This document shows, one piece after another, positions 35,999-43,009 of a stretch of 43,009 bases of DNA. Position numbers and translations under genes: made by a program. The DNA is from an uncultured Piscirickettsiaceae bacterium (GTDB lineage Bacteria > Pseudomonadota > Gammaproteobacteria > PS1 > Pseudothioglobaceae): NCBI GenBank assembly GCA_964603245.1, contig CAZRUL010000006.1, positions 1-43,009 on the forward strand. Direction: 5' to 3'. Under the pieces are notes generated by a model. The model made no database searches and was not told the DNA's origin. It saw only the letters and a program-made list of their open reading frames with translations. Every line of letters starts with the position of its first letter. Within the stretch, counting starts at the first letter, position 1.

Positions 35999-36502
35999 TC
36001 AAAACTTGTATTGGTATTTTATGTGCTCTCTTGGCGCGTCTTTTGACGGGTCAATTTTAAAATTGATTTTCCCCCAATCGCCTTCCAGATTCACGTTCAT
36101 TGATTCTTTTAAAGACTTTAATCCCGCTTTAATATTGACGAGCACTAACTGTGCTGTGCTTTGCTCCTTCCATTCGTCTTTTGAATTTAATAAACGTTTG
36201 TTTTCTTCTAATTGTTTTTTGATGGCGTTGATTTTATTTATTTTAAATGCGTTTTCGGTCATTCCTAATTGGACTGAAAGCGCGTCCAATTGAATGTTGA
36301 GCTGTTTGATTTCGTCATTAAATGGGTCATCGGCGGCAGTTTTTTGTTGCGTTGGATTGTTCGGCAATTTGCCAACGATAGGCTGATAATTTATTTTTGA
36401 ATGATTGGCGTTCGTCGTATTGAGCAAGAAAACCACCAGTGCCAATGCCAGCGCGCCGAATAAAACGAGTAAATACGTGAGTGAGCGTTTTAAAGAAACC
36501 AT
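35999..36502 (-). CDS. Hypothetical membrane-anchored protein with predicted coiled coil
   Basis: 167 aa. N-terminal TM LTYLLVLFGALALALVVFLL, then a K/N/Q/E-rich heptad-like region (IKQLNIQLDALSVQL...INAIKKQLEENKRLL), ending YQYKF. ATG start that overlaps the upstream ORF by 13 nt. No family recognised. Confidence 0.6.
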   Translation of the reverse strand: MVSLKRSLTYLLVLFGALALALVVFLLNTTNANHSKINYQPIVGKLPNNPTQQKTAADDPFNDEIKQLNIQLDALSVQLGMTENAFKINKINAIKKQLEENKRLLNSKDEWKEQSTAQLVLVNIKAGLKSLKESMNVNLEGDWGKINFKIDPSKDAPREHIKYQYKF

Positions 36503-36702
36503 TGGTAAATACCCAAAATGTTAATAAAAGTAAAAAAAATATTTAACACAACCAAAGCATTGTCTTTGATTTTCACCCCTCTAATCATCCAACTAATTGA
36601 GGAGATGATGAAAAAAACATAGCCAAATTTTGACCATTCAAAATTCAACGCCACCAATATGCCACCGATAATACCAGTAATTGCGCCGAGCCAACTCAAC
36701 AT
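36490..36702 (-). CDS. Small 3-TM membrane protein (possible single PnuC/SWEET-like triple-helix repeat)
   Basis: 70 aa from the ATG at 36700-36702 (MLSWLGAITGIIGGILVALNFEWSKFGYVFFIISSISWMIRGVKIKDNALVVLNIFFTFINILGIYQWFL). Three hydrophobic helices. Pattern W..N....GIYxW is reminiscent of PnuC. The start lies inside the osmC-like stop context (ATGTTGA). Confidence 0.5.
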   Translation of the reverse strand: MLSWLGAITGIIGGILVALNFEWSKFGYVFFIISSISWMIRGVKIKDNALVVLNIFFTFINILGIYQWFL

Positions 36703-37112
36703 TCGCACAACTCAAAATCGTAAGTAATCTGTGCCATTTTGCCCAACATCATTGAGGCGGAGCAGTATTTTGTGGCGGATAAATTAATGGCTTTTGCCAC
36801 TTTTTTGGCGTTTAAATTCACCCCTTTGATCACAAAATGCAGGTGAATTTTGGTAAAAACTTTGGGATATTCGTCGCTGCGTTGTGCGCTGATTTGCACT
36901 TGACAATCTTGAATATCTTCGCGCATTTTTTTCAGCGTGCTAACGGTGTCAATGGTGGCACAACCGCCGAGTCCGAGCAGTAACATTTCCATCGGACGAA
37001 TGCCGATATTGTTGCCACCCAGCGCTTCGGGCCCGTCCATAATCACCGTATGCCCACTGCTAGATTTGCCCAGCATTGTCATATTTTCAATCCATTGAAC
37101 GCTGGTATTCAT
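36696..37112 (-). CDS. OsmC/Ohr-family protein (YhfA-like)
   Basis: 138 aa. GIRPMEMLLLGLGGCATID and KYCSASMMLG contain the two conserved OsmC-family Cys regions. The ATG overlaps the trpC stop (ATGA). Confidence 0.8.
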   Translation of the reverse strand: MNTSVQWIENMTMLGKSSSGHTVIMDGPEALGGNNIGIRPMEMLLLGLGGCATIDTVSTLKKMREDIQDCQVQISAQRSDEYPKVFTKIHLHFVIKGVNLNAKKVAKAINLSATKYCSASMMLGKMAQITYDFELCEC

Positions 37113-37927
37113 CGGTTTTTCTCCGTATTAATCGTGAAAATATCTTGCAATGCCTGACCTGGATTTTCAGCGCGCATCAATGCCTCGCCGACTAAAAAAC
37201 TGTAAATATTATGTGCGCGCATCAAAGCCACATCTGCGGCGGATAAAATCCCACTTTCGGTGATGATTAGGGTTTCATCGTCAATCTCATCCAACAGCTC
37301 AATCGTGGTTTTTAGGGACACTTCAAAGGTGCTGAGATTGCGATTGTTAATGCCAATCATCGGCAGTTTGAGGGGGCGCGTGCGTTTGAGTTCTGCTAAA
37401 TTATGCACTTCCACCAACACATCCATATGCAAGGAAATGGCCAGCATCGCCAATTCTTCTAATTGTTGATCGCTTAAAACCGCCACAATCAGCAAAATAC
37501 AATCCGCGCCCATTATTCTGGATTCGAAAATTTGATACGAGCTGATGATAAATTCCTTGCGCAAAACGGGCAAATTTACCGCCGCTTTCACGTCAATTAA
37601 ATACTGATCGTCGCCTTGGAAAAATTTTTGATCGGTCAATACCGACAAGCAACTTGCGCCGTGTGCTGCATAATTTTTGGCAATTTGAACGGGATTGAAA
37701 TCAGCGCGTAAAACGCCTTTTGAGGGGGAGGCTTTTTTAATTTCCGCAATCACCGCATTTTGTTTGGCGTCATTTTTGTCTTTTAAAGCCTGATAAAAAT
37801 CCAGCGTATCGCGATTATCGTAAGCCATTGTCACCATTTTATTGGCTGGAATTAACGCTTGACGCTGGGTAATTTCGCGGGTTTTGTGAGCAATAATCTG
37901 TTTTAAAATATCGGGTGCGTTTGTCAT
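37109..37927 (-). CDS. trpC: Indole-3-glycerol phosphate synthase
   Basis: 272 aa. ILKQIIAHKTREI...VIAEIKKASPSKG...LRKEFI...LVEVH...IGINNRNL...ESGI are TrpC motifs. Confidence 0.92.
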   Translation of the reverse strand: MTNAPDILKQIIAHKTREITQRQALIPANKMVTMAYDNRDTLDFYQALKDKNDAKQNAVIAEIKKASPSKGVLRADFNPVQIAKNYAAHGASCLSVLTDQKFFQGDDQYLIDVKAAVNLPVLRKEFIISSYQIFESRIMGADCILLIVAVLSDQQLEELAMLAISLHMDVLVEVHNLAELKRTRPLKLPMIGINNRNLSTFEVSLKTTIELLDEIDDETLIITESGILSAADVALMRAHNIYSFLVGEALMRAENPGQALQDIFTINTEKNR

Positions 37928-37983
37928 TTTTGGTATTTTAAACGAATATAATTTGAGCTTTTGACAGAGTTATTGGACAGATT

Positions 37984-38820
37984 ATGAAGTTATTAAATTT
38001 TGAGGCGGGACTCAAACAGCCGTTTTTTTTGATTGCTGGCCCGTGCGTGATTGAGAGTGAAAAATTGGCGCTGGAAACGGCTGAAACATTGCGCAAAATG
38101 ACCGATGAATTGGGCATTAATTTTATTTATAAATCGTCTTATGACAAAGCAAATCGCACCAGTGCTAGCAGTTTTCGCGGGCTTGGGATTGAGGAGGGTT
38201 TGCGAATTTTGCAAAAAGTGAAAGACGAAATCGGCACTTTTGTGCTCACCGATGTGCACGAAGACACGCCGCTGGATGAGGTAGCAAGTGTGGTGGATAT
38301 GATGCAAACACCCGCGTTTTTGGTGCGTCAGACCAATTTTATTCAAAATGTGTGCAAGCAGGGGTTGCCAGTGAATATCAAAAAAGGGCAATTTCAAGCG
38401 CCGTGGGATATGGGCAATGTGGTGGATAAAGCGCACGAGACGGGCAATCGGGCGATTACGATTTGCGATCGCGGCACCAGTTTTGGCTACAATACGCTGG
38501 TTTCGGATATGCGCGGTTTGGCGAGTATGCGCGCCACAAATTGCCCGATTGTGTTTGATGCGACGCATTCGGTGCAACAACCTGGCGGACAGGGCAAATC
38601 CTCAGGCGGACAGCGCGAAATGGTGCCTGTGTTGGCGCGCGCGGCAGTGGCAGTGGGTGTGTCGGGGATTTTTATGGAAACCCATCCAAATCCTGCGCTG
38701 GCAAAAAGTGACGGGCCTAATTCGATGCCGATTGACAAAATGCGTGAGTTGCTCAAAACCTTGCAAGCATTGGACAATATCACCAAAGAAAATGGTTTTT
38801 TGGAAGATGTGTTGCGTTAA
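37984..38820 (+). CDS. kdsA: 2-dehydro-3-deoxyphosphooctonate aldolase (KDO-8-P synthase)
   Basis: 278 aa. [12 protein letters not shown]...[12 protein letters not shown]...[12 protein letters not shown]...[10 protein letters not shown] are KdsA signatures. Confidence 0.93.
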   Translation: MKLLNFEAGLKQPFFLIAGPCVIESEKLALETAETLRKMTDELGINFIYKSSYDKANRTSASSFRGLGIEEGLRILQKVKDEIGTFVLTDVHEDTPLDEVASVVDMMQTPAFLVRQTNFIQNVCKQGLPVNIKKGQFQAPWDMGNVVDKAHETGNRAITICDRGTSFGYNTLVSDMRGLASMRATNCPIVFDATHSVQQPGGQGKSSGGQREMVPVLARAAVAVGVSGIFMETHPNPALAKSDGPNSMPIDKMRELLKTLQALDNITKENGFLEDVLR

Positions 38821-38912
38821 TTTTGAGTGTGAAATGTTTGCATAATTTTGCGCCATTTTAAAAAAATTAATTAAAAAAAATCAGCCAAAAATCAGTCAAA
38901 ATTTAGGAGTAA

Positions 38913-39647
<735 letters not shown>

Positions 39648-39697
39648 GAGGTCGTTAAATTCAGCGCAAAGCAAACACACAAAAATCACACACCAGT

Positions 39698-39751
39698 AAA
39701 ATCACAAATCAGCAAAGTCGCACACAAACAAAATCACAAATCAGCAAAGTC
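39698..39751 (+). repeat. Perfect 22-bp direct repeat x2 in the dapB-yciI spacer
   Basis: aaaatcacaaatcagcaaagtc at 39698-39719 and 39730-39751 (10-nt gap). A 9-nt partial copy aaaatcaca lies at 39682-39690. Confidence 0.9.
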
Positions 39752-39774
39752 AAAAACAAAAAAACAGGAGCAGT

Positions 39775-40074
39775 ATGTTTTATATGATTGCATCAACAGA
39801 TGTGGAAAATTCACTGGAAAAGCGACTCAGCGTGCGTCCAGCGCATATTGAGCGATTGCGCACATTACAAACACAGGGGCGTTTGTTGCTTGCTGGACCT
39901 CATCCCGCAATTGACAGCGAAGATCCCGCTGAGGCGGGTTTTACGGGCTCTTTGGTGGTGGCAGAATTTGCCAATTTGGCGCAGGCTAAATTATGGGCGC
40001 AGGCTGATCCGTATGTGAAATCGGGCGCGTATCAAAGTGTCATCGTTAAGCCTTTTAAAAAAGTGTTGCCGTGA
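39775..40074 (+). CDS. yciI: YciI-family protein
   Basis: 99 aa. MFYMIASTD...[12 protein letters not shown]...GRLLLAGP...[29 protein letters not shown] follows the YciI-like pattern. SD aggag lies upstream. Confidence 0.8.
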   Translation: MFYMIASTDVENSLEKRLSVRPAHIERLRTLQTQGRLLLAGPHPAIDSEDPAEAGFTGSLVVAEFANLAQAKLWAQADPYVKSGAYQSVIVKPFKKVLP

Positions 40075-40111
40075 GTTGGCAAACGCGCAATCAAATAATG
40101 GTTAATCAATA

Positions 40112-40375
40112 ATGGCTAACGGATATTCGCTGGATCCGCATCCGCGCGCTAATTTTGCCAAAGAGCAATTTGCGGTGGTTAATTTGCCCCGTTTAAAACG
40201 CGACAGAGTGGCGGCTGGTTCGGTTGAATTGATGTGTGATTTGGACAGTGCGATGGCAAACGCCCAGCCAAAATCACATCGTTATGCAGCAAAAGTGGTC
40301 GGGCCGGCGCGTTCCTCGGAGGGTGTGTTGCTGTATTATATTATTGATTTATATGCAACCACGCCACCCAAATAG
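40112..40375 (+). CDS. Hypothetical protein (coding status uncertain)
   Basis: 87-codon ORF with an ATG start and no visible Shine-Dalgarno sequence. No family recognised. It is the only ORF filling a roughly 325-bp gap. Confidence 0.35.
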   Translation: MANGYSLDPHPRANFAKEQFAVVNLPRLKRDRVAAGSVELMCDLDSAMANAQPKSHRYAAKVVGPARSSEGVLLYYIIDLYATTPPK

Positions 40376-40400
40376 GCGGGCGATGATTGTTTTTTGATTG

Positions 40401-40982
40401 CTAAATAATCTCACAAGCCTCCTCAAAACTCAGGCGCGGACTTCTCGGAAAAAGTTTGCTGTGGTCTCCGTGTCCAATCGCACACAGAAAAATGGCGTGT
40501 GTTTTGCCATCGGGAAAAAAATCTTGATCCAGTGTGGTTGCATTAAATCCACCCATCGGCCCACAATCCAGCCCAACCGAGCGCGTCGCCATCATAAAAT
40601 ACGCACCCTGTAGCGTCGCATTCATTGAACCAACCGCCGTGATTTTGTCAGGCTTGCCAGCATACCAACTGCGGGCATCGGTGTGCGGAAACAAAAACGG
40701 CAATTTTTCGTAAAACTCCGTGTCGTAGCCAATAATTGCCACCACTGGCGCACTCATAGATTTGTCAATATTGCCCTCGTCCAAATGCACTTTGAGGCGT
40801 GCTTTGGCGGTTTGTGACGTGACAAACGTAATCCGCGCGGGACAAGTATTGGCAGCGGTGGGGGCGAATTTCATCAGTTCGTAGATTTGTTGGATTTGAG
40901 GCTCAAGCACGGGTTGATTGAGCCAGCCGTTGTGGCTTCTGGCGTGGCGAAATAAAATATCTAAACTGTTTTCTGTAAGCAT
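40401..40982 (-). CDS. Nitroreductase-fold protein, RutE-like (malonic semialdehyde reductase family)
   Basis: 193 aa. LFRHARSHNGW, KFAPTAANTCPARITFV, DTEFYEKLPFLFPH.DARSW and C-terminal PRLSFEEACEII closely parallel E. coli RutE. No other rut genes are nearby. Confidence 0.8.
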   Translation of the reverse strand: MLTENSLDILFRHARSHNGWLNQPVLEPQIQQIYELMKFAPTAANTCPARITFVTSQTAKARLKVHLDEGNIDKSMSAPVVAIIGYDTEFYEKLPFLFPHTDARSWYAGKPDKITAVGSMNATLQGAYFMMATRSVGLDCGPMGGFNATTLDQDFFPDGKTHAIFLCAIGHGDHSKLFPRSPRLSFEEACEII

Positions 40983-41038
40983 TAAAATACCTCTAAAATT
41001 AAAATTGAGAGTGGAATTATAGTTTTTTCTGTCTCAAG

Positions 41039-41075
41039 TTTGACATTCAATTTGACATTCAATTCAATATTCAAT
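41039..41075 (+). repeat. Tandem 12-mer tttgacattcaa x2 plus a degenerate third unit
   Basis: 41039-41050 and 41051-41062 are identical, followed by ttcaatattcaat (41063-41075). Each unit contains TTGACA. It lies in the divergent spacer between the RutE-like gene and the ABM-like gene. Confidence 0.9.
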
Positions 41076-41112
41076 CTTAACTCCATTCTCTCCCACAACC
41101 AGCGAGAAAAAA

Positions 41113-41415
41113 ATGCCTCAATATTTAGTCATCGTGTCGTTTAAACTCAATCAGCCCGATTTATTAGCAGATTGGAAAACCTTATCCAAAGAAATCGATC
41201 AAGACATTTCTCAAGCCACGGGGTTTATTGCCAGAGATTCTGGTATTGACGCGCAGGGGCTGGTGTATTGTTTGGTCAAATGGGAGAGCAAAGCGCATCA
41301 CAAAACGTTTTCGGAGCAATTACAAGCGCGTGATAATTGGGATGAAATGATGGCGTATTTTGGCAAAATTGCAAATATGAACACAATGACTCAACAAAGT
41401 TTGGAGGTATTTTAA
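41113..41415 (+). CDS. Small ABM-like (antibiotic biosynthesis monooxygenase / ferredoxin-like fold) protein
   Basis: 100 aa. The pattern YLVIVSFKL...GFI.R......GLVYCLVKWESKAHH..F suggests a dimeric alpha+beta barrel ABM domain. The call is tentative. Its stop overlaps the next ATG (TAATG). Confidence 0.5.
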   Translation: MPQYLVIVSFKLNQPDLLADWKTLSKEIDQDISQATGFIARDSGIDAQGLVYCLVKWESKAHHKTFSEQLQARDNWDEMMAYFGKIANMNTMTQQSLEVF

Positions 41416-42545
41416 TGCGCAAAAAAATTACGATTATCGGGGCAGGATTTGCAGGTTTAACGGCGGTGAGAACGCTGCGAAAACAAGACGATGAGGCGGA
41501 AATTACCCTGATTTCACCCACCGCAGAATTGGTGTATATGCCCAGTTTGATTTGGATTCCTTCGGGCGCGGTGAGTGCAAAAGACATTGTCGTGCCGCTG
41601 GAGAATTTTTTCAAACGAATGAACGTTATTCACATTCCCGCCAAAGTAACGGGGCTTAAACGTGGCGGCAGAGTGGTGCTGACTGCACTCGGTGAGCACC
41701 CAAATGATGCGCTGATTATTGCCTCGGGTGGGCGTTTTATCAAAAAATTACCAGGCATTGAACACGTCATTACCCCGTGTGAGGGAGTGAGTGCGGCTCA
41801 GGAAATTAAGCGGCGGATTGAATCTATGCGCGGTGGCAATATCGCCATTGGTTTTGCGGGCAATCCCAAAGAACCGAGTGCGATGCGTGGCGGGCCGATG
41901 TTTGAATTTTTGTTTGGATTGGACACTCAATTGCGTCAAGAGGGGCGACGCGATAAGTTTAATCTCACTTTTTTCACCCCTGCCAAAAAACCAGGGGCAC
42001 GGCTGGGTGAGCGCGCGGTTGAGGGTTTGTTGGCGGAGATGAAAAAACGCAATATCGCGACCCATTTGGGGCATAAAATTCGCGGCTTTGAGGCGGATAA
42101 AGTGCTGAGCGAGGGCGGCGAATTAGCGGCGGATTTGACCCTATTTATGCCTGGGATGACGGGCAATGCTTGGTTTGATAACACAAATCTAGTGCGGAGC
42201 GAGGGCGGATTGCTGGCGGCGAATAAATTTTGTCAAGTCAAAGGCGCGGATAAGGTTTTTGTGGCGGGCGATTCGGGCAGTTTTCCAGGTCCAGATTGGA
42301 TGCCGAAACAAGCACATATGGCGGATTTACAAGCAGCAGCGGCGGCAAAAAATGTGCTGGACGTGCTGGACGGAAAAATCGCCAGCCATACTTTTAAAAT
42401 TGAATTGATGTGTATTATTGATTCAAATAACAAAGGTATTTTTGTGACGCGCTCAATCACGAAAGCGCGTATTTTGCCAAATTGTCGCCTGTTTCACTAC
42501 GCCAAGCGATTGTTTGGCTGGTGGTATTTGCGTCAATACCGATAG
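41415..42545 (+). CDS. FAD-dependent pyridine nucleotide-disulfide oxidoreductase, sulfide:quinone oxidoreductase (SQR)/NDH-2-like
   Basis: 376 aa. N-terminal FAD fold KITIIGAGFAGLTA, FVAGDSG, and an SQR-like layout with Cys122 (ITPCEG) and Cys333 (ELMCIIDSNNKG). The C-terminus is amphipathic (RLFGWWYLRQYR). Confidence 0.7.
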   Translation: MRKKITIIGAGFAGLTAVRTLRKQDDEAEITLISPTAELVYMPSLIWIPSGAVSAKDIVVPLENFFKRMNVIHIPAKVTGLKRGGRVVLTALGEHPNDALIIASGGRFIKKLPGIEHVITPCEGVSAAQEIKRRIESMRGGNIAIGFAGNPKEPSAMRGGPMFEFLFGLDTQLRQEGRRDKFNLTFFTPAKKPGARLGERAVEGLLAEMKKRNIATHLGHKIRGFEADKVLSEGGELAADLTLFMPGMTGNAWFDNTNLVRSEGGLLAANKFCQVKGADKVFVAGDSGSFPGPDWMPKQAHMADLQAAAAAKNVLDVLDGKIASHTFKIELMCIIDSNNKGIFVTRSITKARILPNCRLFHYAKRLFGWWYLRQYR

Positions 42546-42554
42546 GAAAAAACG

Positions 42555-42893
42555 ATGAGTGATTGTTTATTTTGCAAAATTGTGGCGGGCGAGATTGACG
42601 CGCAAAAAATCTACGAAGACGCCGATGTGTTGGCTTTTTATGATGTCAATCCGCAAGCACCGCAACATTTTTTGGTCATTCCAAAGCAACACATTGCCAC
42701 GTTAAATGACACAACTGATGCGCACTTGATTGGCAAACTCACCCTCACAGCCACCAAAATCGCCCAACAATTAAATTTTGCGAAAGACGGGTTTAGAGTG
42801 GTGATGAATTGCAATTCGGACGGCGGGCAAACGGTTTATCACATTCATTTGCATTGTCTGGGCGCGCGTCAATTGCGCTGGCCACCGGGCTAG
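42555..42893 (+). CDS. HIT-family (histidine triad) nucleotide hydrolase, HinT-like
   Basis: 112 aa. CLFCKIVAGEI...FLVIPKQHI...GGQTVYHIHLHCLG carries the HxHxHxx triad. Confidence 0.88.
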   Translation: MSDCLFCKIVAGEIDAQKIYEDADVLAFYDVNPQAPQHFLVIPKQHIATLNDTTDAHLIGKLTLTATKIAQQLNFAKDGFRVVMNCNSDGGQTVYHIHLHCLGARQLRWPPG

Positions 42894-43009
42894 ATATTTG
42901 TTTTTTGATGTCTGTTTTTGATGTTTTCCAGCCCTTAATTCAACACTTTTAGGATTTAATTCAGCATTTTTTTGGTGTAAATTCCGGCCTATTTGCAGGT
43001 AGAATTCCG

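Noticed and set aside
39682-39751. The possibility that the 22-bp direct repeats, or the other A+C-rich repeats, are a degenerate CRISPR array.
   Set aside because: There are only two full copies with a 10-nt gap, far too short for spacers. The repeat has no palindromic core and no cas genes are in the window. The composition matches the general A+C-rich simple-sequence class seen elsewhere.
42894-43009. Short imperfect tandem repeats downstream of the HIT gene (tttttgatgt x2; ttaattca(a/g)ca x2).
   Set aside because: They are truncated by the window edge, degenerate and low in complexity, so they cannot be interpreted without the downstream sequence.

Overview
This is a gene-dense 43-kb chromosomal window, AT-rich (roughly 40-45% G+C by eye, not computed). 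Gene content suggests a gammaproteobacterial chemolithoautotrophic sulfur oxidiser of the SUP05/Thioglobus/bivalve-symbiont kind, but that is inference and no database search was possible. The dominant feature is a complete oxidative-type dissimilatory sulfite reductase cluster, dsrABEFHCMKLJOPNR (3221-15859). An orphan gltD-type gene sits directly upstream of it. The rest is housekeeping. It includes xerD, rplS, amiB, tsaE, a CaCA antiporter, hemD, metF, infA and tRNA-Leu(CAA). It also includes the Na+-pumping oxaloacetate decarboxylase oadGAB plus panD, and lolD with a single lolC/E-type permease. A tightly overlapped psiE-lpxK-ycaR-kdsB-folD chain follows, then purEK, bioFH, thiG, tRNA-Ser(GCT), trpC, kdsA, dapB and yciI. 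The window ends with a RutE-like nitroreductase, an SQR-like flavoprotein and a HIT protein. I found no IS element, integrase-bounded island, prophage, CRISPR array or recognisable defence or toxin-antitoxin system, and I cannot point to a clear-cut novel system. The items most worth a second look are listed here. (1) The orphan GltD paralog abutting the dsr operon. (2) Two unknown small genes translationally chained to trpC-osmC, one a 70-aa three-TM protein that resembles a single PnuC/SWEET-type repeat. (3) An ABM / SQR-like flavoprotein / HIT trio in which the SQR-like protein seems to lack one catalytic cysteine. (4) Recurrent A+C-rich simple-sequence repeats in protein linkers (DsrN, a DUF72-like protein, the antiporter, OadA) and in 5' leaders (dapB, yciI, psiE). 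(5) A DUF72-like ORF coupled to hemD. All functional calls come from reading the translated ORFs against remembered family motifs.
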